A DNA stretch of 64,000 bases, taken from Octopus sinensis. Lineage: Eukaryota. The notes beneath the pieces are model-generated. The model was not told the DNA's origin. It saw only the letters and a list, made by a program, of their open reading frames with translations, and made no database searches. The DNA is taken from contig NC_043009.1 of NCBI RefSeq assembly GCF_006345805.1, forward strand, positions 21,452,001 through 21,516,000. The letters are read 5' to 3'. Shown here one piece after another: positions 1-12,355 of the stretch (its first letter is position 1; each line of letters begins with the position of its first letter). A program made the position numbers and the translations under genes.

Positions 1-1070
1 ATAAACACTGGAAATGTACAGAGTACAATTTCCGCCACATTCCAGGAAGAAAAACTAGAAGTAGTTGACAGCTTCCATTACTTAGGTGACTAAGTCAGTA
101 GTGGGGGAGGGTGTGCTGAAAGTGTATCTGCTAGAATAAGAATAGCTTGGGCAAAGTTCAGAGAGCTCCTACCTCTGCTGGTAACAAAGGGTATCTCGCT
201 CAGAGTAAAAGGCAGACTGTATGACGCATGTGTACGAGCAGCCATGCTACATGGTAGTGAAACATGGGCCGTGACTGCTGAGGACATGTGTAAACTTGCA
301 AGGAACAAAGCCAGTATGCTCTGCTGGATGTGTAATGTCAGTGTGTACCTAAGAAGCATCAGATGTGGTGTGCAAGAGAGACGACTGCACTGGTATGGTC
401 ATGTGATAAGGATAGTTGTGTGAAAAAGTGTCACACCCTAGCGGTTGAGGGAACCTGTTGAAGAGGTAGACCCAGGAAGATCTGGGATGAGGTGGTAAAG
501 CACAACCTTTGAACATTCGGCCTCACCGAGGCAATGACTAGTGACTGAGACTTTTGGAAATATGCTGTGCTTGAGAAGACCCGGCAAGTCAAGTGAGACC
601 ATAACCCATAGCCTATGCTAGTGGTGTAACCAGCCCACTTATGCATACCTTTCCTTCACTGGACACTAAACTCTGCTTGTGAAGACATGTTGAAGCAAGT
701 GAAATCAAATTCTATGACTGGCATCCGTGCTAATGGAGCACTAAGAGCACCATCCGAGCGTGATTGTTGCCGGGGCTGCTGACAGGCTCCCGTGCCGGTG
801 GCATGTAAAAAGCACCATTCAAGCATGATCGTTACCTGCATCACCTTACTGGCACTTGTGTCGGTGGCACATGAAAAACAACATTCAAGCGAGGTCATTG
901 CCAGTGCCGCTGGACTGGTTCCTGTGCAGTTGGTATGTAAAAAACACCATTTTAGCATGGCCGTTGCCACGTAAAAGCACCCACTAAACTCTTGGAGTGG
1001 TTGGCATTAGGAAGGGCATCCAGCTGTAGAAACTCTGCCAGATCAGATTGGAGCCTGGTGCTGCCATCTC
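1..1070 (+). mobile_element. RTE-clade LINE, decayed 3' end of RT ORF plus 3' UTR
   Basis: Plus strand translates to LEVVDSFHYLGD*VSSGGGCAESVSARIRIAWAKFRELLPLLVTKGISLRVKGRLYDACVRAAMLHGSETWAVTAEDM, a typical RTE C-terminal region. It is followed by a repetitive UTR ending gttggcattaggaagggcatccagctgtagaaac. The same UTR recurs inverted at 48260-48640. Confidence 0.85.
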
Positions 1071-1071
1071 G

Positions 1072-1170
1072 TCGATAAATTAAGTACCAGTTGTGTACAG
1101 GGGTCAATCTAATCAACTGGGCCCCTCCCCCAAAACTTCAGGCCTTGTGCCTAGAGTAGAAAAGAATATT
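1072..1170 (+). mobile_element. SINE 3' portion
   Basis: gtcgataaattaagtaccagt...ggccttgtgcctagagtagaaaagaat matches the 3' half of the SINE found many times in this window (33050-33260, 41760-42600). Confidence 0.7.
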
Positions 1171-1924
1171 GTTTGAGAGAAATTTGAAGAAATTACTAGC
1201 AAGTTCAGCAACCATGTGAAGGTTCCTCATCAGTTCAGGTGGAAATAAATGATTCATGACGGATGGACCAAGTGATGGATAGGAAAAGGTGGACCAGGTG
1301 AAAATTGCTTCTGTATTGAAAGCAGAATTTCTGATTCTATTTTCTTTGTTACGTTTCTTTTAATTTGCATCAACTCTCATGGCCAATACCATGTTGGAGT
1401 ACTGCCTTTATGTTTTCAATTTTTTTTTTCTGTGTTTCAGATTGACAGCAATTTCTTCCTAAATTGTGGAACATTAATTAGGATTTCTAAAAGTACTGCT
1501 AACAAATTTGTGTGCACTGTTTACAAACCAATCCAGTAAAATGTATATAAATGAAGAAACCTAAGACAGTAATACAATAAACATGATAATGATTCAGGTA
1601 ACTTGTGAACTTACTGAAGTACAAAGAAGCAGTCTAAAAAGTATTAGAACTTTAAAGATGATTGAACTTGAAAATGCATCATTTCATGTTAATGATTCTT
1701 AGAGAAATTGTTATGCAAACCAGACCCATATCGACAATAATTGATAGATCAGTTGGACAGTTGATACACGGCCATGTAAGCTACATATGTTATATACCAG
1801 TATCGTGTTATATTTCTGGTCAGACGACTGAACTAAACTAGTATATTTTCACTCATTGGCATGCAGTCACTTACAGACACACTCCAGTTTCTAGCCCACA
1901 AGTAGCTGTCTCCTCAAGTGATGG

Positions 1925-2105
1925 AACAGAGAATTTAACAAGATAATGGTACTGCTGAATATTACTGGAGCCTTCGGAACAGCGTAAAAAGAAATATGAG
2001 GACAAACTTTGAAAAACTTCAGCTTCATTTAGAAGTAGGTTTTCTGCAGAAAACATGTGTATGAGGTGCAGCAAGAATTATCTGGGGAACTCTCAATACA
2101 AAGTA
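1925..2105 (+). mobile_element. Decayed C-terminus of an R4/RLE-type non-LTR element (tentative)
   Basis: Two frames give ITGAFGTA and FLQKTCV*GAARIIWGTL, resembling the GALG...LQKxxLLGTARILR C-terminal motif of R4-like elements. Multiple stops. Confidence 0.35.
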
Positions 2106-2799
2106 AGATATGGAAAACAGAAAAAAAAAAATTATACAGAATGTACAAAATGCCCCTCGTCTTAGGCCATACGTTGTAGTTTGATTGGAAAGATAACTAA
2201 ACCAGGCACAACACCAGTTCTGTGAGATAACAAAACAGTAATAATTGTTTCTTTTTTGTTTTTGTCACAGGATTATCAAATGAAGGAATGATAATAGTTG
2301 TTTCTAGGCCTGAAATTTTAGGAGAGGAGGATGGTTAGTCAATACTATCAACCTCAACAGCATGTAAAGATCCAGAAATACTGCAAAGAATGTTTTTCTG
2401 ATACTCTAATGATTTTGCCAGCTCACCACTGTTTAGTAATTGATAAGTTATTCTTTAAAATTTATAACAAGATAACTGAACATTTGCAAAAATGTATAGA
2501 CTACCAGATGTATAATAAACCCTTCTTTCACCCACCAGATGTAGTGTGTTTAATGTGTCCTGTTTTGTAAGACAGTTGTGTAATTTGAAGGCTATTTGCC
2601 AGCTATTTGTAGTAGATTGAGAGACTACATAGAGACTTTCCTCAACTTTTACTATCAAGTGCCATGTATGTGAGGGCAAGCTGGGATTGAACTCATAAAC
2701 CTTTTGTGACAGTGACAAGCAACAAGTGCTGTGCTTTAGAAAACATTCCTTCCCCATCAAATCATATGGCCATAAAGTAATGATGCCCAAACTAAGGAC

Positions 2800-3400
2800 A
2801 ACAATTAATCATGTATCAATTTAAACTAATTTTCTTAATATCAACCATGTTAGCCCTAATGTACCTCACCTCTTTTATGTAGTCTATAATTTGAACTATG
2901 TTCTTTATCTATTATAGAAATTATATATTGTTGTAGCATCAGCTCTCTGTATAGTTTCATTCATTTCTGACTATGCTGTTTCATGTCTCAGACCTTTCCA
3001 ATATAGGGTTTGTTCTATTTTCACACCAAATGTGATATTTCATCTACCATTAGAGCTTGCCTATCTATTCAAATATTTAGGGAACATTCTATTTCTCCTT
3101 TGTAATCACTATCTTTAATCCTTCCATCTATTTAGCAAGTTTATGCCTCATGTTGCAATTAAAAGTGAACTATGTCTACCATTCCATTATATGTTTTGAC
3201 TCAATTTTTCTCTCGCACTGAGCAGACATATACTCAAAAATGTTTAAGTCATGACCATTCCACTTACCTGCATATCTAGAAGTAGATTGTTCAATGCATT
3301 GTTCTTCTTTGAGATGGTAGGGTATAATTTGGTTACTTATTCCAAAACAAGTTTATTAACTATGTAGAGACTTTTTCATTGGTTTGATTTCCTTATAAGG
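2800..3400 (-). mobile_element. Highly degenerate CR1-like RT fragment (tentative)
   Basis: Stop-ridden minus-strand translation (NNLLLDMQVSG...EW*T*FTFN...YHIWCENRTNPILER) follows the layout of CR1 RT downstream of the catalytic motif. Confidence 0.35.
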
Positions 3401-4819
3401 ACAGGGTTGTTGTTTTTTTAAGATAAATTGATAGAAATAGTTACATGGTCAGTTGTCTAGTAACACACTATAAAGTAGTTTTAGATACATTATACCAGAA
3501 AAGGGAAGATGGGATGGGTATGGCTGAATTGCTTTTGAATATTGGTCAGGTGGTACTAAACAACAACAACAAAATCTAACAATGTTAGATTTTATTTAAG
3601 TCATAAGAAAGCTATTTTATATAACAGCTTCCTGTTAGGGTATTGGATTTTAAGTCATGATTGCTTTTGTTAATAGAGGCAGTGTGACTGCTATTAAAAT
3701 GAATACATGCAAGAAGCAAATATCTTCCTACTTCAGTTTTACAGAAGGAAAGTATTCAGTATTGTCTTCATCTAACATCTGTTTGCTATGCTGGATGGTT
3801 GAATAGGAAGTAGCAAGTCAGAAAATTTCACCAAGCCTTGCTGGCTGCTTTGGCATCATTTCTATGGTTGGATGCTCCTCTTAACACCAGCTGCTTTACA
3901 AAGTATACTGGGTGCTTTTTATGTGGCACCAACAACAGCGAAATTACCAAGTAACTTGCAAGCAAGACCCCTCAATTGAGGGACAGAAAGAGTTTTGCAT
4001 TAGAGGGTAAACATGGCTTCTTTGGGTGGAGAGAGGGAGGAAAGTGAGAAGTTGATGAAGATGTGACAGGGAGAGATTAGGAGTCATTTACCCAAGTTAC
4101 ATGAGGTGTATGTAGTGAAGTGGATTAGTTGTTTGGAGAGGGCAAGCAGGTGTAAATATATTGGTCAAGCACAAAATGTGCTTGACCCAACATTTTGTTG
4201 GGTCAACCAAACATGCCTTTACTATAATTCTGTAACCACACTGTGCATTAGAAAAATCAATTTTTTTTCAATTTTTTTATTTGCATTAACTTTCTTAAAC
4301 TTGGTTAAAATTGCATATACTTTATGTTAAAATATTCACTGTGTTATAACTTTTATTTTCATATAAGTTTTATTGTGTAATAATTATAATAATAATTTTA
4401 GCATAATTTTCTCAAAAACTTCCTCATCTTCAGATTTCAGTCAGCTTTCAGTTTTACTCTTATCTTCTACTCTTCTTTCTAGGTTTCTTTACTCTCTCTC
4501 CTACTTATATTCTCCTCCCCTTTCTTCCCACCAAATTTCAAGCCTTGTGCCTTTAGTAGAAAGGATCATTATGAAGGTGGTGAGGTAGCAGAACCATTAC
4601 TACACCACTCGAAATGATTAGTAGCATTTCTCATTCGTCTTTGTTCAAATTCTGCTGAAGTTGACATTGCCCTTCATCCTCTTGGAGTCAATAAAATAAG
4701 TACCAGTCAAGTACTATCTGTGCACATATGTGTGTACATATGAATATATGTAAGGAAGCAAGTATACTTAGCCAGGAGTGAAGCAGAAAGGAAGAGAGAT
4801 TATGTGTGTGTGTGTGTGT

Positions 4820-6211
4820 GTAAACAAGGGGTCACAAGGCAGTTCTCACATAGGCAGTAAATCTCCCTCATCTTTATAGTAACATAACTCACAAGTGGAG
4901 GTTTCAAATCTCTTCCAGGAATTACAAGTGATTTTAAATATTTATAATTTAAGCAACTGAATTTCCCTCAACAAAAAAGATTGTGTGTGAGAGAGAGATA
5001 GAAGAATAGGCCACAAGACAGCCTTCATATAATAACCAAATCTCGTTTGAATCTGTATGGTAAACACAATAATTGAAATGAATTTAAATATCATTATTTT
5101 CTTTAGATAAGGTTGTTTACAAAGAGAAACTAAAATACAACAGTGGAGGTTTCATATCTGTACCAGGAATTACACAGGGCCTTATTTAATATTTTTATTT
5201 AAGCAACCAAATTTCCCTTTAAAAAGAATTGTGCATGAAGAAGGATCTACGATGCAGTCTTCACAGAGTAACCAAATTTCCCTATCTTTATAGTAAGCTC
5301 ATTAATTGAAATATCATAATTTCCCTGCAGAATCTGTAAATGTGTTGATGGCCCAGTAGGATTTTAAGATGTAGAACATAACACAGAAGTGAATGTTTCA
5401 ATTCTTTGTGAGAAATTACAAGGGTTCTTATTAAGTATTTTTATTTAAGAAACCAAATATTTCTCAATCAGAAGTTGTGTGAACAAGGGGTCATAAGGCA
5501 GCCTTCACATAGTAACCAAATTTCCTTCAAATAGTAAACTCAGTAATTGAAATAAATCTAAATACCTTGATTTTCTCATTCAGATTGTTGCTACTTTGGC
5601 GGCCCAGTAGGTAGGGGTGTTTAGATGTGGTGGTTTCAAATTTCTGCCAGGAATTACAAGAGATCTTATTAAATATTTTTATTTAAGCAATCAAATTTCC
5701 TTCAGCAAAAAAGATTGTCTGTATGTGAAGAAAAAGCCACAAAGCAGCCTTGACATAGTAACAAAATCTTTATAGCAAATCCAATAATTAAATTAAATTT
5801 CAATATCTTAATTTTCTCATTGAAATTGTTACTGCTTTGATGGCCCAGTAGGTAAGGTTGTTTAGAAATAATAAATGAACACTGTAGTGGAGGTTTCAGA
5901 TCTCTGCCAGGAATTACAAGTTGTCTTATTAAATATTTTTATTTAAGCAACCAAATTCTCATCAGCAAAAAGATTGTGCCCAGGTTACAAGGCAGCCTTG
6001 ACATAGTAACCAAATTGCATTCACTTCTTTATAGTAAGCCCAATAATTGAAATAAATTTAAATATCTTCCTTTTCTCAGTACAGCTGTTGCTGCCTTGGC
6101 CCAGTAGGTAAGGGTGTTTAGAAGTGAAGGTTACAAATCTCTGCCAGGAATTACAAAGGATATTATTAAATATTTTTACTTAAGCAACCAAAGTTCACTC
6201 ACCAAAAATAT

Positions 6212-6242
<31 letters not shown>

Positions 6243-6420
6243 GGGGCTACAAAGCAGCCTTCATATAGTAACCAGATCTCCCTCAAATCTTTATAGTAAG
6301 CAATAATTGAAATAAATTTAAATATCTTAATTTTCTCTTTAGCATTGTTGCTCCTTTGGTGGCACAGTAGGTAAGGGTGTTTAGAAGTAATAACTACTAC
6401 AAACAAGTTGAGGTTTCTAA
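4820..6420. repeat. Tandem array, ~240-260 bp unit, about 6 diverged copies
   Basis: Marker ccaggaattac or a variant occurs near 4915, 5163, 5410, 5648, 5907 and 6145. The motifs gcagcctt(c/g)acatagtaaccaa and ggcccagtaggtaagg also recur per unit. Confidence 0.9.
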
Positions 6421-6799
6421 TCCCTGCTCAGAATTATGGGGGTTATCTTTATGGGGGTTATCTTTATATTTAAATAACTAAAAATGAAAAAAAATCTATC
6501 ACATCACAACTGTAGATCAATAATTAATCACAGAAATAGGTTTTACATATCTCTGTTTAAACTCCCAAATTGGGGACCTGTTTGGATGCCCTTGATTAGT
6601 AAGTAGAGAGAGGGTTTCAGTCTGTAACTCTCCCAGGGAATTACAAGTGCAGTGAAGCAGGATGGGGAGAGGGCTTAAACATTTTATTTTTTTTAATTTT
6701 TATCTGTCACCATAGGCAGCAGAAAAAAAAATTGAACTTTTTATAAAGAACATGAATAGTGCTTCTGGGAGGATTGAACCTTGCTCAGAATGTGTAATA

Positions 6800-6995
6800 T
6801 AGCATGTGCAGTTACCCACATAACCACAAATACAACAACACTTCTGAGTTCTTTCACAGGGCTTAGAAAAATTGAAGAACCGTTGCAACAAGTGTGTAAA
6901 TCTGAGAGGGGAATATGTTGAATAAAATCATAATTTACTGATCCTCCTGTATTTTCTTTTACCCAATGCCAGGAACTTTTCAACACAGCCTCATA
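6800..6995 (+). mobile_element. Mariner transposon 3' end
   Basis: SQGLEKLKNRCNKCVNLRGEYVE* is the characteristic mariner transposase C-terminus. It is followed by the TIR-like gccaggaacttttcaacacagcctc and TA. Confidence 0.7.
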
Positions 6996-7499
6996 TATAT
7001 GTGTGTGTGTGTATATTCGCCATGTTGGACCACTTACTCTACACATTTTTTTTCAGCAAATCTTCATTTATTTCCTCTTATTCCTTTCTGTTGAAGAATG
7101 TAGCCTCAAAACATAAAATAATTTTCCTAGTTTACCTGAGTGTCAAGCTAATACACTTGCTTTTTGCTCCTACACCTGTCTTTGTCTTTTGTTTTTCTAT
7201 AAATTTGAACTATGTATGTGTGTAATATGTGTGTGTGTCTATATACATGGTTGTTTATATTAATTTTTAGTACATACATTAGCATTTCACCAATACATCC
7301 ATAGATTTTTATGGTAAATGTGTGTGTAGATATATATATGCTGGCAGTGTATATGTAGGTGTGCATATATGTATGTACATGTATGTTTGGACATGCATAA
7401 AGTTATATGTGTATTCTTGTCTACTCACTTATATCTGTATCTATACAGATATATGAAGGTGTATGTATGCTTAAAATATGTGTATGTATCTGTATCTCA

Positions 7500-7865
7500 G
7501 GCAAAAAGTGACTATGAAGTGAAGATGGAGAACGAGAAGGATTAGAGTAGGATGGAGAGCATTCAAGTGGATGAGGGATGTGCTGAAGGTAAACCTAGAC
7601 AAAACAACACATGCCAATCTCTTCAACGGCATAGTCTTGCCTGCAATGCTATATGCATATGAGACTGGCCTTGATGAATAGAGAACAACAACATCTGCTT
7701 ACAGCACAGAAAACCATGGATAGGTCAACATTGGGAATCTTGCTAAGAGATCACATCCAAAACAAGGAAATCAGGAAAAGAACTGGAGTGAAATATGTTA
7801 TTGTAGAATACTACCACACAAGACTATGATGGGCTGGTCATGTCATGAGGTTCACAAACAATCCA
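7500..7865 (+). mobile_element. RTE LINE fragment (second family)
   Basis: RRIRVGWRAF...LFNGIVLPAMLYA...GILLRDHIQNKEIRKRTGVK...L*WAGHVMRF is an RTE RT C-terminal region with frameshifts. Confidence 0.75.
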
Positions 7866-8073
7866 TTTGACCTGGGATCTTTTGAAAGTTTGTGGCACAT
7901 TGAAAGCAGATTGAAACATGACATTTACTGCATTCAACCCATCTATTTTGGAAGGAATTTTCGAGTTTTGTGCATAGATGACAGATGTGATTTGCCGGGC
8001 AACGTTCTATTTTAGGACTGCAACCAGTTTTGTCGCACGGCTCATCCACAGATGATACCGTGGCAGTTTTGTT
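7852..8073 (-). pseudogene. Cys-rich zinc-finger-like coding fragment (PHD/ADD- or transposase-CRD-like)
   Basis: 74-codon open frame containing ...CHLC-x13-CSKC-x4-CFQC... Its 3' end overlaps the RTE fragment junction. Confidence 0.4.
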
Positions 8074-8239
8074 CTATCTGCCCATCCGTACCGTAGTACA
8101 AGGTAAACAAAGAAAAAAAAGTGAAGATGTAGCACACTTGTTAGGGAGATAAATAAGATGTTTTTATTTTTTGTTGTTATTGTTGTTAACTGTTTTCGCT
8201 TTCCTCATTGTATGTGTGTATACAAGATGCAATTATATG

Positions 8240-8690
8240 TGCAATCAAGAGATGTAAGGAGTCATGGGGATCTTTTCCTTTTGAACGGCACTTTGTAACA
8301 TAATTTCTAGGTAACTAAAAAGTTTTAAACTTCATATACTGATAGAATGTGTTTATAAAACATAATTTTCTCTTGGCTTTATTGAGAATATTCTATAGGT
8401 TGTAAGATATTTCGTCTTTAATTTCGAGCATTTCGGCAATTTTAACCAATCGCTGACATCCATTTAGGTAAATAACATTCTGTGCATAATGAATATATCC
8501 CTCCTTTAAGAAACAGATTGGGTTTATTTACATTTGTGAAGAAAAAAGATACCCTTCCCCAAACCCTAACTAACCCTAACCCTAAATCTAAAATAGATTG
8601 AAATGCAATAGATCGATACTAGGGCCATAATTATGGGTGACATTTTCATACGACACCGCTAGAAAAAAATCCCATTTTCCATAACAGTGT
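8240..8690. repeat. Interspersed non-coding element with an internal (CCCTAA)-like tract
   Basis: Complex non-coding sequence containing aaaccctaactaaccctaaccctaaa at ~8570-8586; resembles a non-autonomous DNA element. Family not identified. Confidence 0.4.
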
Positions 8691-9149
8691 TCTTGGAAGA
8701 GAGTAAATAGCGAGAGAGAGTGATTTGAGGAAGACTTTACATTAAATAACCGTAGTGGCTTGTGTTAGTAATAAAGTAAACATACACTCATACATACATA
8801 CATACATACACACACACATACATACATACACACACATACATACACACACACATACATACATACATATACATACATATACATACATACATACACACACACA
8901 CATACACACACACACAGTATTGAAGCTTGAGAACAATCAGATACATTTGCAACACATCTGTTGAAAATATTATTGTTCACACACATACATATACATATAC
9001 ACACAGACAGATATAGACACACACACACACACACACACATGATCCAGCATGGCCACAACCTCAAGGCTGAAACATATAAAAGAATAACAGAATATAAATG
9101 TGTGCATGTGTGTGAGAGAGAGAGTGTGTGTGTATATGTATGTATGTAT

Positions 9150-9752
9150 ATATATATATAATAATGCGGTTTTTTCAACAGCTTGAACTAAAAGTCAGAG
9201 GGGAATGGGATAAACTACTTATATTAACTTGCTATAAAAGCAGGTAGTAATTTTATCTTGTACTTATTCATAGTGCAAGTTTTGAAGAATGCATTTCGAT
9301 TTTAACAGCTATTTTTTCAAAGCTATGTTGGAAGTAACAAAGGAGCATATTTGGCATATTTTGCTTTATGAGTTCAATAAAGACAACAACGCAACGGAAA
9401 GTACAAGAAATATTAATGCAGTATATGGGGATTGGACAATAAGCGTAAGGCAGTGTCAATGGTGGTTCCAGAAATTTCGAGCCATAAACTACAGCCTAGA
9501 AGACGAGCCTCATCCTGAAAGATCTGTAGAACTCGACAAGGACATCCTGAAAACCCTGGTGGAACAAAATCTCATCGTAACTGTTGAGGAACTAGCAGAG
9601 AAGCTTGGATTTGGTCATTCAACCATTCATTGAGACCTGTGTGCTATCGGAAAAGTCAGCAAATTGGGTCAATGGGTTCCTCACGAACTTTCCCAGTCTA
9701 ATTGCATGCAGAGAGTGAATGTATGCTTTTCTTTGCTGTCACATCTCACCAC
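9150..9752 (+). mobile_element. Mariner transposase N-terminal fragment
   Basis: ORF 9289-9633 (HIWHILLYEFNK...QWWFQKFRAINYSLEDEPHPERS...ELAEKLGFGHSTIH*) continues after a stop into GKVSKLGQWVPHELS, with the diagnostic WVPHEL motif. Truncated near the Helitron at 9769. Confidence 0.9.
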
Positions 9753-9768
9753 TACTGCGCTATGTATA

Positions 9769-10407
9769 TCTATATATAAAACTGTAGTTGTGTGAGTGTT
9801 GTCTCTGTCCCCTTCGATTTAGATTCCTAACTACTCCCACATTTTGCGGTGCAGTTTAACCAAATTCGGGTAGCTTATAGTCGTGATTCATATCGAGCCC
9901 ATCTGAGTATTAGCGCGCGTCTACGATGAGTCTACGATTTTAAAATAATTTAACATCATTTTTTATTCCATTTTAATGCATAATTTTTCGTGTGTCGATG
10001 GCGGCGGAGTTGGCGTCCACGCTCACACCTGCACCTGTGGGGAAGGGAGTGTAAGGAAATCAACGTCGTAATGCGTTGTCAAGGAGACCAGCGTTCTTTT
10101 AGAACAACGACTTTATGGCTTGAAGACACCAAAACAGAAATGGCTAAGAAAGCGTCTACATGAGTCTACGATTTAAAAAAAAATTTACCATCGTTTTTTT
10201 TCCATTTTAATGCATTTTTTCGCTATTATATAAGGTAAGTAACTCTCTAAAAATGTCTACGATGAGTCAACGATTTAAAAAAAAATTTACCATCATATTT
10301 TTTCCATTTTTAATGCATTTTTTGCTATTTTTTGGCTATAACTCTCTAAAAATGCTTATATAGTTATTTCCCTTACAAACCCGAGCAGCGCCGGGCGATA
10401 CTGCTAG
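9769..10407 (+). mobile_element. Non-autonomous Helitron
   Basis: 5' TC at 9769 preceded by A. 3' CTAG at 10404-10407 followed by T. Subterminal hairpin cccgagcagcgccggg. Canonical A/T insertion. Confidence 0.85.
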
Positions 10408-10705
10408 TACACATATATACATGTATAATATATCTACCCATATGCACACACACACACACACACATACATAGGGGCAGGTGTGGCTGTGTGGTAACAAACT
10501 ACGTTTTAAACACATGGTCCTGGGTTCAGTCCGACTGTGTGGTGACTTGGCATGTGTCTTCTGCTGTAGATTTTGTACATATATACAGGCATACATACAT
10601 ATATATACTTGCATACGTACATATTCGGCAGAATCTCAACGCCCGAGTTTTCCATCTGAAGTTAATCTCTCTCATGGAGCTCATACAAAAAGGGCAAGTC
10701 TTAAT

Positions 10706-11440
10706 GTGACGTACACAATCGAGTGGCAAAAAAGGGGCCTTCCACATGCTCATATCCTGCTTTGGCTCTCCGCGAAGATCAATTCCAATGACATCGACAA
10801 GATAATTTCTGCAGAGCTTCCTGATCCAGCTTTAGACAAAGAACTATACGAAATAGTTAAAGCAAACATGGTACATGATCCATGTGGGCGTGGATTCAAC
10901 ATAAACACACCATGCTTGAGGGACAGCATATGTTCAAAAAGATTTCCAAAGAGGTTCCTACAAGAGACGCAAACAGGTGCTGATGGGTATCCATCATACA
11001 GACGCAGAAAACCAGAAGACGGAGGTTTCACAGCAACTATCGGACAGCACGATATTGATAATAGATGGATTGTTCCATACTGCCCACTCCTGTCAAAGAC
11101 TTTCAATGCCCACATCAACGTTGAGTTTTGAAACTCCGTTAAATCCATCAAGTACGTTTGCAAATATGTAAACAAGGGTTCTGATGCTGCAATGTTTGAA
11201 CTTCAACAAGAATACTGCCAGGATGAGGTGACGCATTATCAGGTAGGACGGTACCTAAGTAGCAACGAGGCTTTCTGGCGCATCTTTGACTTTCCAATTC
11301 ACCAACGATACCCTGCCATTCAACAGCTTGCAGTGCACCTGGAAAATAGTCAAAGAGTGTACTTCACCGATGCTAATGCTTCTCTGTTGGCAGAGGAACC
11401 AAGGGATAGCACACTCACTGCATTCTTCAGGCTTTTCAAG
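10706..11440 (+). mobile_element. Helitron RepHel (Rep domain) fragment
   Basis: YTIEWQKRGLPHAHILLWL (Rep HUH motif II), CSKRFPK, DNRWIVPY, HINVEF*NSVKSIKYVCKYVNKG, GRYLSSNEAFWRIF. One in-frame TGA at 11129-11131. Confidence 0.95.
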
Positions 11441-11493
11441 TGGATCCATTCGCTCAAGCCTTGCTGTATCCACATCCACATATATATATATAT

Positions 11494-12160
11494 GTACAAA
11501 GTGATATAGGGGTCATGAGTGTAACCCACTATGGGATATCAGTTATCCAAAATACTGCCAGTGAAGTACCCAAAAGGCTAATACATAAATGCTTACAATT
11601 GCAATGCAATTAGTTCATTTATTAGATGGGCGAAGGTAAAATCATAATACAAATAAAATCATAATACAAATAAGAAAATGGAGGAACAGATTCCTTTCAA
11701 TCATCAGATAATACCAATTCATATAATTTATTAATTAATCCAACAGAATAAAACAATATACATCAATAAGATAATACCATAAAAATATTACATATAAAAT
11801 GGATCTTACAGTTGTGCCTATATTAGTCCATAGGCATCTGTCTATATATTATGTTATACTATATTATATAATATATTATATATGTAATATACAATATATT
11901 ATATTATATTGTGTTACACTGTATTATATTATACTATATTTTATGTGGTATCTTCCATTTACTATGTATTCTGAATAGCAGAATTATTAATAATAATAAT
12001 AATATTAGTTGTTTTGGAAGTATAATACAATGAACTTTAGACTTTGTATATGTACCCTTTGATGTGGATATATATGTATACTCCAGTATATATATTTGAT
12101 TATCTGTAACCTTATGTGTATGTATATTATTATATATATACTTATATATATGTATATACA

Positions 12161-12201
<41 letters not shown>

Positions 12202-12355
12202 GTATATACACTTATATATATATATAAATATATATTGTTTTATTCTGTCGGATGTGGATGTTCCTATTTAATTAGTTAATAAATTATATGAATTGGTAGT
12301 ATCTGTAAGTTGATGATTGAAAGGAATCTGTTCCTCCATTTTCTTATTTGTATTA
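11494..12355. repeat. Interspersed element with unique head and ~100 bp inverted repeats (copy 1)
   Basis: Head gtacaaagtgatatagggg...; arm at 11662-11760 is inverted at 12236-12355. A second copy lies at 37378-37802. Confidence 0.75.

Noticed and set aside
3239-3320. Strong minus-strand donor CAG|GTAAGT as exon 2 of the TOP-like gene
   Set aside because: It lies inside a degenerate CR1-like RT remnant and has no good acceptor.
5905-5985. C/D snoRNA-like UGAUGA...CUGA on the minus strand of one ~250 bp unit
   Set aside because: Neither box is conserved in the sibling units.
8570-8586. Telomere-like (CCCTAA) repeats
   Set aside because: Only two to three imperfect copies inside an interspersed element; not a telomere or interstitial telomeric array.
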